Positions 37,584-50,300 of a stretch of DNA of 64,000 bases are shown one piece after another. The notes beneath the pieces are model-generated. The model was given only the letters and a program-made list of their open reading frames with translations, searched no databases and was not told the origin of the DNA. This DNA comes from Octopus vulgaris (taxonomy: Eukaryota), in contig OX597838.1 in the NCBI GenBank assembly GCA_951406725.2, positions 42,036,001 through 42,100,000 of the forward strand. The letters are read 5' to 3'. The position numbers and the translations under genes are program-made. Each line of letters begins with the position of its first letter. The stretch's first letter is position 1.

Positions 37584-38728
37584 CTGAATCACAACCAGAA
37601 CTAAAGAAGAAGTTTCAGGTATGGAAGCAAGGACTGGAATCAAAAGGGGCCTTAGAGTTAATTCAGCAAAGACCAAAGTATCGATAAGTAGGAAAATGCA
37701 AATTACAGATCCCTTCAGGGAGATGGCCCTGTTTGATATGTAGAAAGGGTGTCAGGAGAAACTCCACACGATGTACCCAGTGCAAGTTATGGACACATAA
37801 GAAGTGCAGAAGTATCATTGGAAAGTAGCATTTACATGTGGCACATGTGCGATACAATAAACACCAAGAATGTACAAAAGATAGACTCCCTCAAATGTCA
37901 GAGTAGCAGACAGTTTCTGTTACTTAGGTGACAAGTTAGTAGCGGTGGAGGTTGTTCTGAAAGCATAGCTGCAAGAATAAGAATAGGCTGGGTAACGTCC
38001 AGAGAGCTACAACTTGTGTTAGTAACAAAAGGCCTGTCCCTCAGAGTGAAAGGCAGATTGTAGGATGCCTGTGTATGAACAGCAATGCTACATGGCAGCG
38101 AGACATGGGCTGTGACTGTTGAGGACATAGAAAGGCTTGAAAGAAATGAAGCTAATATACTCTGCTGGATGGATAATATCAGTGCACAAATACGTAGGTA
38201 TTTGATCTGAGAGAGAAAAACTAGATGTAGAGGACATTAGATGTAGTGTGCAAGAGAGAAGACTGTGCTGGTATGGCCATGTAATGCATATGGATGAAGA
38301 CAGTTGCATCAAGAGGTACCAATCTCTAATTGTGGATGGAACATGTGGAAGGGGTAAAGCTAGCAAGAGATGGGACGAAGTGGTGAGAAAGGATCTCCAG
38401 ATGTTGGGCCTCACAGAAGGGATGACAAGGAGCCAAAACCCCTGGTGGTTTGCTGTGCTTGAAGAGACACGTCAAGCTAAGTAAAATTGAGGCTGTTCTT
38501 GCATACAGGCATGTTCCCTACATCCCTCTGCAGCTGAGTGTTCCTAATCATGTGGGCTCGTGGGTGTTGGTACCATGTAAAAAGCACTATTGCACACTCT
38601 GTAAAGTGGGTGGCGTTCGGAAAGGCATCCAACTGCAGAAACCATGCTAAAACAGACATGAAAGCTGGGCAGCTCCTGTCAAACCGTCCAACTCATGCCA
38701 GCATGGAAAACGGACGTTAAATTATGAT
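37584..38728 (+). mobile_element. 5'-truncated RTE-type LINE, same family, opposite orientation
   Basis: C-terminal ORF2 relic ERRLCWYGHVMHM...GTCGRG...RWDEVVRKDL. Ends ggaaaacggacgttaaa. Confidence 0.85.
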
Positions 38729-40615
38729 AAATATATTTAATACAAACACAAAATGTTTTAATTACACATTTATATATACATAATATACACGTATATGCAT
38801 ACACACACATAATGAACAACACACCACGAATCAGAAGTACTGAAAAAAAAAAGCTTAAATATTTTGACACTCGAAAGCTTTCTCCTCTCTCTGCCTTTTG
38901 TAATGCAACTACTACGGCCTCTGCACCCTCCCACACTATACCCATTCCTTCTTCTACAATTCCCACCGGCCATATCGACAATTTACGGGAAACATTAACG
39001 ATCGGCATGTACCATATCCCAGCACTGTATACAACAAGCTCATCGTCGTTCTCATTATTCGGCGAGCTGGCAGAGTCGTTAGCATGCTGGGCAAAAATCA
39101 TGAGCGGCGGCATTTCGTCTGTCTTCACGTTCTGAGTTTAAATTTCGCCGCGGCTGATAAAAGAACCAGTTGAATACTGGGGATCGAAATGTAATCATTT
39201 TATTCCTCTCTCCCAATCTGCCGGCTTTGGACCAAAATTTGAAATCAATATTTTTTTCTGGCTTTACGTTCTGAGTTCAAATTCCGCCGAGGTCGACGTT
39301 ACCTTTCATCTTTTCGGAATCGATAAAAGAAATACTTGTCAAATACGGGGAAATCAATGAAATTCACTAGCCTCCACCCCCACAGGCTGAGGTCGATTTA
39401 GTTTTTCATCCTTTTGTTGGGTGTAAGGGGGTGTCAATAAAATACAATATCAGTTAAGTAAACATAATCGACTTATCTACCTTCCCTAAATTCAGGCCTC
39501 ATGTCTACTTTAGAAACAATTATAAAGATTGTGGTTGTTCGGAATTTTCTGTTTACTAATCTAGACACAATAAAAGGGGTGGGGTGGGGGTGTTTCTTTT
39601 ACTTCTACCCAATAAAACTTAGATGAAAAGCGCTGTATTTCACCGTTGTTTCAAATACATAAACCAAATAAGCAAAGTGCCTGGTCTTTTTTGCGAAAAT
39701 AAAAATAACATTTTAACTTTTATTTTTGAGGCAAGTCCAAGAAGTCTCTATGTGATTGTTCTAACTTTCGAGAAATAGCAGCCAAATCTCCTTCAAAACA
39801 TACACTAGTCTTAAAGCAAGAAAGTAGAACGGATAATGTAATCTGAGAAGATGGAGTGGTCACGGCTGGAAAAAAACTGATAAGTCTGATCGTCGTGATG
39901 TGTGAGGCAGGTAGACAAGAGAAACTGATTCAGTGTCTTTAAGAATTAAGGCAACATATGTGGTCGATATTCGATGAAAGAGAAAAAGACTGGCTCTCGT
40001 TAAAATAATAATTATTGTTGTGATGGAAGCAACAAAATCTGGGCTGTTTTACGAGGCGGAAGTGAAAGAGGATTCAGTGGCATTCATGCATCTTCTCACA
40101 GGCAAGAATATCAAAAACCAAAGATGAACATTAAGGCATCAAATTTATAACAGAATGAAACAAAGAATGTGTGGTATTCATGCGTTTTTGACGACAACAG
40201 CAACAACAATAATAATAACGGTAACTAAAATATTCCAATAGCAAACAAGAGAAGAAGCGGCGGCGGTAATTAAAGGTATTTTGTGGGTCTGAGGAGGTTC
40301 GGCTGGGAATTTTAATGGTTTTTTGGCTTTTGTGTGGAATTTAGAGGAAAATATAAATAATAGACTGGAGACGAATGGATATTGTCTCTGTGTGAAATAA
40401 CAAATTGATATTCCACACAAAACAAACGATCGTCGTTGTCCCGTCTTTTGCATCAAAACCGTTTCTGGGTTTGGCGAAAGAAAGGGAACACAGGTGAGAA
40501 TGGGAAGAGATTAAAGGAGAAGGAGAACGATTGGGGAGGATTGCAAGGGAATAACATGAAGCATTGAACGACAAAAATATCAATTAATAACGGATACAAG
40601 TGGTTTAGTTCTTAC

Positions 40616-40715
40616 ATTAATGTCGTCTTGCAATATCGAGACTACAACAAAAACGGAGCCATTCACTGCGGAGACACCGCGCTCAGCAGTGAGAGGGCGG
40701 CGAAGGTGGTGGCGG
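40616..40715 (-). other. Putative 5' UTR exon 2 of TRMT2A-like copy A
   Basis: CpG-rich non-repeat block bounded by (gt)n-ag and AAT|gtaaga. No in-frame ATG. Contains a 6-codon uORF (ATGGCTCCGTTTTTGTTGTAG). Confidence 0.45.
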
Positions 40716-40731
40716 CTACACACACACACAC

Positions 40732-40762
<31 letters not shown>

Positions 40763-41127
40763 GATAGACACACGCACACATACACGTGTGTGTGTTAGTT
40801 GGACTTCTACACACAATCGCCTTGATGAGAATTTATATAAATATACACAAACAGAATTTTAAAAAATTTAATTATTTTCATATAAAAATGTAAAAGGGAA
40901 AAAAATCATACTTAAAAATGAGAAACATTTGGGTACATTTATTATGATAATTATATATATATATTTTAATATAATTATTGTAATGATTATTTATTTGAAA
41001 TGTTCCTGTTTTTTTTGTTTTGATATTATTTACATATTTTTTCTTCCAATTATTGTATCGTTTACTGCTGCAACTATTATTAGTGTTACTATTACGAAAC
41101 TAATACTCTATCATTAAACTTAATTAC

Positions 41128-41210
41128 ATTCCCGCGCTACACCTCACAACGAGGCTCCACTGAATCCTCCAGCCCAGCCTCGTTTTCGTTACCGGAAGTA
41201 ACTCTTGCAG
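41128..41210 (-). promoter_or_regulatory. Putative promoter/TSS and first 5' UTR exon of TRMT2A-like copy A
   Basis: CpG-enriched patch in CpG-poor DNA. ETS-type site CCGGAAGT at 41192-41199. Donor GGAAT|gtaatt at 41127. Lies about 2.5 kb downstream of the copy B poly(A) signal. Confidence 0.5.
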
Positions 41211-43679
41211 CACACAAAATAAACAATGTTAATAATTAAAAGAAAATCTTTTCTAATTGTTCTCTGTGAATATGCAGGGAGATCGGAATAATAAAACTGT
41301 TGTCTAAGGTCTTACTACTTCTATTTATTTTTAAGTAAACAAAAGTGGCGGTTGGCTTCTCAACCACATGGTTCCGGGTTCAGTCCCTGTGCGTGACACC
41401 TTGAGCGAGTGTCCTCTACTGTAACCCCGGACCAACTAAAGCTTTGTGAGTGGAATTCGTGGGCAGAAACTGAATCCGTATATATATATATATATATATT
41501 TCTGGGTGTGTATTTGCACACAACCACCGCTTCACAACCGGTATTCGTTTGTTTACGCCCCCACCGGAAACTTAGCGGTTCGGCAAGAAAGATCGATTTT
41601 CAACATTCAATACATTGAAGGCTTTAAACAAAACCTTAGTTGAGATTAGGAGCGTGATTCATGACATCTGCGTTGGTTTTTTTCCTTTCATTGGCTTCAA
41701 TCAACACAATTTAAAGTATAAAGTGTTTTTTTAAGACACCCCATCTTTAAAAGGGGTTTCTTTGGACGAAATATTGCAGCTAAAACGCATTTGACAACAC
41801 AAACACCAAGTATATGACATCCATTATGTTTACAATACAGAGCTGTTGGTGATTGAAGATTTGAATTTTATTTTGCTTGTACAGTGCTTTTGCACATCAG
41901 CAGATAGTGTTTAGGCTCTATGTATATTCAGAGTTAGCAATCTGAATTCATCTTGAGTATTCAGTACAGATGAGCTGAAATAAATGAAATACTGATATCT
42001 GTTTATGCCTTTCAATTCCACATTTAAAAGATACACAATACAACAGTGGTATAAATGATATTTCTGCACTATACAACACAGTATATTATTTCACTCACGA
42101 GCAGGATACATAGATTCAATTTAGTAACATTTGATCATGAAAACTCATTAAATGGATGACCAGCCTGTTAACTTCAGACGACTGAGAAGTCCCAATTGTA
42201 GAATTTCTGCCCAGCCTAGTCATTGGCAGAGCAAGCGAAATAATTGCAATTGGTATTTAAGCCTGTTTGGATTGCAAGGTGCTAATTCCATATGTTAACA
42301 TTTTATTACCATATTCCTGTAAATATACCACCTTTGTTTCAAATGATTTTGAAAATAATGAAGAATTTAGAAAAATAACTTTTTTATTATTAAGCTGGTG
42401 TTTAGAAGAAAAATTAACACAAAATTTTGATGGAAGACAGTTTTAATTTTGATCACCATGAAACAGTAAGTTTTTATCATTAGAACCAGGGTCGTTCTCG
42501 AAAGGGTTGAATTATTCATGTACTACCAACATATAAATAATGATAAACAATTAACAAATGTAACACAAACTGCAATTTATTCCAATAAGTAATAGCAATA
42601 TGGGAGCAACTCAAGGGTCTATTTTAGGTCATCATTGGTGGCCAGGGCTTTATGAGATCGGAGTGCAAATCCTACTTGGACCACTTTTAGTCACCTTTTA
42701 TGACACAGGGAAGAAATGCTGGGTCTATTCTTTGATGGGCCTAAACCTATAGAGGAAATATTTTTGCTAAATTGAACTCATTCTGATTTCCAATCCCAAT
42801 GAAAGTTACTTCACTTTATTAATGCTTCCACCCTAACCCTAACCCCCACTCCCCGAAAGGTCCAAAATCAACAGCATTCAATTCCAGTCAACCTGTAACT
42901 CCCAAGCTGTCACCATCATTGTTTTAATGTCCACTTTTCCATGATTGCATAGCTTGGGTAGAATTTGTTGAGGCAGATTTTTAATGGCTGGATGCTCTTC
43001 CCTTTGCTAACCCTCACCTATTTCCAAACGAGGGAATATTTCTGTGTGACTAGACATATTTTCATAAAAGATGGCAACAAGCAACACCACTTGTATAACA
43101 GTGACACTCATTTACAAATATCACACTATGTCAAGACAAAAACACGCACCCATACACAATGAACTTCTTCCAGTTTCTCCTTATGAAACAGTCACAAAGC
43201 TATGGTAGGCCTTGGGCTATAGTGAAAGATGCTTGCCCAAGATACCATGCAGTGAGACTGAACCTGGAACCATGAGGTCAGGAAGAAAGCTTCTTAACCC
43301 CAGTCACACCTGTGTTACCTATACAAGAAGACAAACAATATGCTGTGACTGATTCAATTCTATGAACCCTAAACAAAATGTCCTACAAATACGACCCAGT
43401 TTTTTGTTCACTTACAGCTGGAACAGGATGAAGAACAGACATGTTTGTGATGAAAATTGACTTCTTCCTTTTCTACTCTCATCTCTCATGCCGAGGCAAT
43501 GTCCCTGTCCAGTATTACACTTCTTAATACACATGGCTATGTCCCCTGGAAGACCAAGCACTTTCTTTGATTCCCCACACCCCCATATATTCTACAGTAG
43601 CCAAACACACAAACTAACCTTAAACCTTCAGATGTTATCTCAAACATAAGACAGATCAGGGAAACCATAAATCAACAGT

Positions 43680-43685
43680 TTTATT
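43680..43685 (-). promoter_or_regulatory. Candidate poly(A) signal of TRMT2A copy B
   Basis: AATAAA on the minus strand about 170 nt after the stop codon. Confidence 0.5.
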
Positions 43686-43851
43686 TTTCATATGTCCATG
43701 TGGTGAGAGACATATGTAGATTGTCCATCATATCAAAAAATATGAAATATAGTTTAAAAATAATATCAATCATTTACACTGTCATGATTATAATCATCAT
43801 CATCATCAGCATTATAATCACCACTGACTTCATTTACTTTGCATATAATTG

Positions 43852-44359
43852 TTAAGACTGCATTGCCACTTCACAATCACTGTTGTCTGGTTTACACACC
43901 ACCTCCGTTTCACACACTTGCTTTGGCTCGCATACTTTCTCTGGTTCATTAACTGCCTCCGGTTCGCAAACTTTCACTGGTTCACAGACTTGTTTTGGTT
44001 CCTGAACTGCTTCCGGTTCACAGACTTTCTCTGGTTCCTGAACTGCCTCTGGTTCACAGACTTTCTCTGGTTCCTGAACTGCCTCTGGTTCACAGACTTT
44101 CTCTGGTTCCTGAACTGCCTCTGGTTCACAGACTTTCTCTGGTTCCTGAACTGCCTCTGGTTCACAGACTTTCTCTGGTTCCTGAACTGCCTCTGGTTCA
44201 CAGACTTTCTCTGGTTCCTGAACTGCCTCTGGTTCTTGTTTTCTCTCAAACATCACAACGAGTTCACAGTGCTTGGTATGTGGGAAAAGGTCGACTGGAA
44301 TGGCTTTCACAGCAAAAAAAGGTTCTCCTTTATTCCTCCGTGACTTCGGCCTCATTAAG
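43852..44359 (-). CDS. TRMT2A: TRMT2A copy B last exon ([19 protein letters not shown] plus repeat tail)
   Basis: tctttttgcag acceptor. Catalytic-base Glu codon at 44265-44263. TAA at 43854-43852. Confidence 0.93.
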
Positions 44360-47300
44360 CTGCAAAAAGAGGAGGTGAGTTTTAACAAAATAAAAGGACT
44401 TTTAGGTCTGAGGTGAAAATAAAAAGTCCAGCTGTAAATTCAGATATGCTTCAGAACTGACAAACATAAGACGAAAGGTGAAAAAGGGAAGATTGTTTCA
44501 CAAAGGTGTGATATCTTTGATTGTTGGTCTGCCTAATTATAAATATTTAGAAAATGAGCAACTCAGTTGAGTGGTTAAGGGGGTTGTTTCACAGTCACAC
44601 GGTCATGTGTTCAATCCCACTGTCTGGTATCTTGTAGTAAAAGTATCTTTTACACAGTCTTGAGTGAACCCAGGTATTGTGAGTGAAAAATTGGGAAGGT
44701 GGAAACTGTGTGGAAACCTTGCAAGTGCATTGTGTTTGTAATCCAAACAGTCAGCCTTGCCCCACTGTGTCACATTGATTCAGCCAGAGAAATTCTACCC
44801 AAGGTAGACAGGTGTCTGTGGAGTACTCAGCCACTTACAAGTTAACTCGGTGACCCTGTACCTTCACATGATTCATTAAATGAGTAATTGTCACTGAAAT
44901 CAACAAAAATCCATTCTTAATAATTAAAACCTATCATTGGCCATTCCAATATTCATTTTGTGTTTTTAAACACAGTACCTCCATAAGAGATGTTATCTCA
45001 AGACAAATACAATAGTGACTTGCCTACCAATTGTATATATACTTTAAATATGATATGTAGATGGCTATTTTAATCTAATACTGTTTCGATTGTGTTTAGC
45101 AGAGACTTAGGTTTACTCAGGAAGTTCTACAACCTATGGTTTGATTCATATATTCCAACATATCTTTTAGTAACCATTCCATGAGTAAAGGATAACTGGT
45201 GCATCAATCTGCTCTATGGAAATAATATACGTACACATTTGGACATGAGGGAGAGAGAGGGGGAGGGAGGGAGAGAGAGAGAGAGTAGGCAAGAGCAAAA
45301 TAGCTCAGGATGGATAACACAGAGTAATGCTCCAATGGAAGTGTATTTATAATTTCTTAATCTAAGGCTGGCACCTCAGCATTGAGAGTCAGCAATAAGA
45401 ACGATCCTATCAAGTGAGATATAAACAGAGGCAGGCTTGAGACATATTTACATGGAGTACAAAATACAGATTAAAACAAAACAGAAAAATTATGGGATCT
45501 TTCCGGTTTGAACGGCAGTTTTTTCTAGCGGTGTCATATGAAATTGTCACCCATAATTATGACCCTAGAATCGATCTATTGCATTTCAATCTGTTTTAGG
45601 GGTGGGGAGAAGGGTATCTTTTTTCCTTCACAAATGTAAATAAACCCAATCTGTTTCTTAAACGAAGGACATATTCATACAGCACAGAATGTTTTTTAAC
45701 TCAATAGACGTCAGTGATTGGTTGAAATAAACAACAAATATCTTACAAACTATAGAATTTTCTCAATAAAGCCAAGAGAAAAAGATGTTTTATAAACACA
45801 TTCTACCAGTATACGAAGTTTAAAATTTTTTAGTTACCTAGAAATTATGTTAAAAACTACCGCTCAAACTGAAAAGATCCAAATTATGTAAAGTCTTTAC
45901 ATAATTCTTCAGATAATCTGTAATCTGTAAATATAGGTCTCAAACCTAGCTGTGTTTATCTGTCTTGCTACCTCTTCCTCTCTTTAGATATACTTACATA
46001 CATATATATAAAAAAAAAACTGATCAAAAGATGGTGTACAACTCAATGAAGTGTTTTGGGTCCTATTTTACTGACAGGATAAAAAAACATCCTGGTAGAC
46101 AAGGGACAAAACTGGAGTGTTTGCAACAGGTTTTACAATATGAGACGGTCGTGAATTTCAAAGTGGACAAGGCTGGCTTTCTTCAGGGTCCTTATAGACG
46201 GCATTTCTCACTATGAAGGAGATCCAAAATCACATTGATGGTACATAGGCTGGGTTTCTAATAAGGGGTCAAAACATGAGACCATAATGGAATCCGTGAA
46301 CCAATTCCACCCATTTCTATGCAGAATAGCCTTTGCTGACCACTGATATTGTGCCGAATAGCAGACCATATCATGTGAGATTTTGGAGACTTTTACCCCT
46401 TAATAAAGGATGAAGACCCTTCAATTACATTGATGTTATTTGGTAGAGATTTGAGGAGCTACCATAATTTATAAGGGACAGAGATTCTTGCTGGGGTGTG
46501 GGAAAAATGGATCTCAGTTGAGGAGGCTTTACACACATCAAAACAATAACTTACTCAGTGAAATTCTGAATGGCAGCCACAGGGTTACATGAGACGTAGA
46601 TCACTCGATGGATGAAATGACAGCGGCGAAGGGCATACATTACTCTGGGTTCTGTAAAAAAAAAGAGAAAAAGTTGATAATGTCACATGGTTGAGAAAGA
46701 AAGATTTGTGTTTTTGCAAATGATAAACACCAAATTGCAGCATGGAAGCAACTACAAACCATCATTTCTAACAAACACACAAAGGATAACAAACACACCA
46801 GGATAACATTAACTGATGATGATGATGAAGACTGAGTCAGTACTTCACTGGTACTTTATTTTTCAAACACCCAGAAGAATCAAAAGGAAAAGTTAACTGT
46901 GATGAGAATTGAACCCTGAAGAAAGACAATAAGTCAAATTCAAATGGTAGTAGATTAAAATTGCCATCTGTGTATCATACTAGATGTACACAAGCCACTG
47001 AGGGACCTGATATTGGGGTTTTGTACGAGAGAAAAATCTCTTCATTCACAAGTTGTGTTAACAACAGAATACACACACACACACACACACATCAATGTGA
47101 AAACGAACATCATTGCTCTGAGACTCCCAAGAAGACAGACATGAGCATAGCATTGACAAGTCCCAAGTAGGGCAAAATCTATAAAAGGCACAGCATCATC
47201 CTTTTCAACATAATTGATACACAGAGGGTGAGGGCAACGCGTTTCGGTTTATGCTCCAATGATTCTACTTCCTCCCACTCACACACACACACACACGCGC

Positions 47301-50300
47301 GCGTATGCATACCTAATTTTATTAAGGATTCCCAAGTGAATGCTCACATTTAAACAGAACATTGGTGTACATATAAGAAATCATCATCATCATCATCGTT
47401 CTAACAATGAGAAGCTTGCTTTCCAACCATGTGCTTTTGTGTTCAATCCCACTTCCTGGCACCACGGGGCCAAGTGTCTTCTGCCATAGCTCTGAGCTGG
47501 CCAAAACCTTATGAATGGGTATGGTAGAAAGATGCCAGATGTTTGTGCGAATATATATATCATCATCATTATTTGAAGATGCTCTTTTCCAGGAAGCAGG
47601 TGATGGTTGGCAGCAGGAAGGACATCTGGCCATGGATATCCAGTCTTAACAAATTCCCATGCAAACATGGAAAAGTTACACCACAGCCATATTGAATTTT
47701 CTTTTTAAAGAAATCTCATAAGCGAAAAGAAAGGTTCGAGAGGACTGGTTTCAAAACCATTCTAATAATTAATTCTTTAGCATTTAAAATGGCCATATCT
47801 GGCCAAAATATTCTACTCGTTTTATGCTCAAACTGGTTAGGTCTGGCCTCTCACACTTACCCACCAATGTCATTGTAAAAATAAACAATCAAACCATCAA
47901 AATCTTGATGATACAACATGATGCATAATTAATTGGAAAAAATGGGAAAAAATATGCATCACATTTTGAGAGAGGAGATCAAAGATTGAAGGGTCAAACA
48001 GGAATTACTTACGCAGTCCAGGTCGAGGTGGATCAACAATGGCAACAGCTTTCTGACCTCTTGACCAGTTTCTCAGTTTCTCGGCAGCCTCTTCAGCTCT
48101 TGAGCAGTGAAACTCAATGTTTTTAATATCTGAAATACAAGAATATGTTGAATTTAATCCAATTTCATAAGAGATTTGTGATAGATGTCTTGCAAACAAC
48201 TTGCACATGCAAGTGCTACCAGTCAAAAGCTCCGTATACCGGAAGCCAGCAAGTGTATGGGGTCATCAGGAGAGAATGCGTGCCGTTTCGGGGCCTACCT
48301 CTCGACGGCATCAATGCGCACCGGCCCCCCTCACTGATATGAGGCCCCGCTTGCTAGACCAAAATATCATTTACACCAGCTTAAGTTGGGATTAAGAAAT
48401 ACCTTACTGCACCCTGACAATGAGACACTTTATACAAGAAAAAAACTTTTTAAGAGCTGAGCCCAAGATGTGATCACCACCATCATGACATCATCCATCC
48501 ATCCATCCATCATCAACGTTTAATGTCCGTTTCCCATGATGGCATTGGCAGGACAGTTTGTGAGCAACTGGAAGCTCAGAACACTGCTGCCTCCTTTGGC
48601 ATGGTTTCTATGACTGGTTACCCTTCATAATACTGACCACTTTACAGAGTGTTTTGGGTGCTCCTTGGGGTGACACCAGCAGTGGTGAGGTCACCAAGTA
48701 ACTTACAAGACAGAATCCCCACAACTGGGGTGTGGGGAAGTTAGTATTGAGGGACAGAAAAGTGCCTTACAATAGAAGACAGACATGGCTTCCTCAGAAG
48801 GAGAGAAAGAAGGCGAAGATATGAGAGGGAGAGCAAGGACCATACACCTAAGTTACAGGGTGGTTTATGTAGTGAAGTGGACTGGGGATATGGAGAGGGT
48901 GGCAAGGTGGGGCAGTTCACAAGATTTTGAAAGGAGAGTCGGAGGAAGGGATTGAACAGGGGCATATTATGTGCAGGTAGGTACATGGACATGTGAGGGA
49001 GAAAAGAGTGATGGTGAGAGGGAGGGATTCATGGACATGGATTTTACTTTGCTGGGCAGGTCTTCTTCACCACAGCATATTGCCAGTTGTCTGGGTCCTT
49101 TGTCATCTCCTCTGTGAGGCCCAACATCTGAAGATCATTTCTCATCATTTCATATCCTCCAGGGTTTTCCTCTTCCACAGGCTCCCTCTGCATGCGAGGG
49201 TGGTGGTGGTGGTACTAGTCTCTACAATTAACAAATATTCAGAAACTATTTCAAAATTCTCTATTAGAAAGGCTTCCTTCTGTCTTCCAGAGTATTTAAT
49301 AAACCAACATTATTACCCCTGCCTTAGCGAAAGCAAAGGTGTTGTTTTCAGTTGTGGTTGTTTGTTTGTCTGTGGGACAAGATATCTCAAGAAATGCTGG
49401 ATGGATTCAGATGAAACTTTCAGGGATGTTTGGTCTCATGACTAGCATGAATTGATTAGATTTTGGGATCGATCTGGTACCGGACAAGGATTCTGGATTA
49501 TTTTTCCGGTTTTTTAACTTAATTTTTGTGAGAGAAGTCGAGTTTATTTCAGATATTCTCATTCTAAAAATCATCTCTGGCTAATCGTTGAGAGGATGTT
49601 TGTGTTGCCTTGGTGGAGGTTTGCGCTCTCTGAGTGCTCTTAATAATAATGTTTTCAAACTTTGGAACAAGGCCAGCAAGTTCGGCGGGTGGGGGGGAGG
49701 CGTAAGTCAATTCCATTGACCCCAGTTCTCAACAGTCACTTATTTTATTGACCCCAAAAGGAAAAAAAGGTAAAGTCAACTTCAGCAGAATTTGAACTCA
49801 CAACGCAAGGACAGACGAAATGCTGCTAATTATTTTGCCCAGCATGCTAACGATTCTGCCAGCTTGCTACCTTAATAATATGATCATTGGTTAATTCCCA
49901 GTGAAAAATCTTACCATTTAGTTTAGCATTCTTCTTAGCATCTTCAATGGCAGCAGGACAAACTTCCACACCCAAAACCCTTCGCACATGCTGAAACATG
50001 AATATAATAAAGTTACTCCATATTAATCATTATTTGTGTGTGTGTGTGTGTGACAGTCGTGAAGCCAGCCAACCCCATCAAAAATCAAGTCGTCTCCCTT
50101 CCTTTTAGGAAGGGCAACTGCATGTAGAAAATCTGCCTAAACAAAACCTGTTGACCCATGCAAGAGTGGAAAAGCAGACTTCAAAACAACGATGATGCTC
50201 ATTACTGGACATCGTATGGCTGTTAAAATCATAAAACAGCCATTGCATCTTTGCTTCTGAACAAAGGACTTAGGGTTGCCTGACTGGTAGACACAAATGC

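Noticed and set aside
38679-39135. 149-aa and 107-aa ORFs as a possible RRM exon or separate gene
   Set aside because: They run through microsatellite and SINE/LINE sequence, with no RNP motifs or convincing splice boundaries.
43849-44378. Plus-strand ORFs ([12 protein letters not shown]; [12 protein letters not shown] repeats) and the alternative minus frame
   Set aside because: Shadow frames of the coding minisatellite. Only the frame continuous with TRMT2A is supported.
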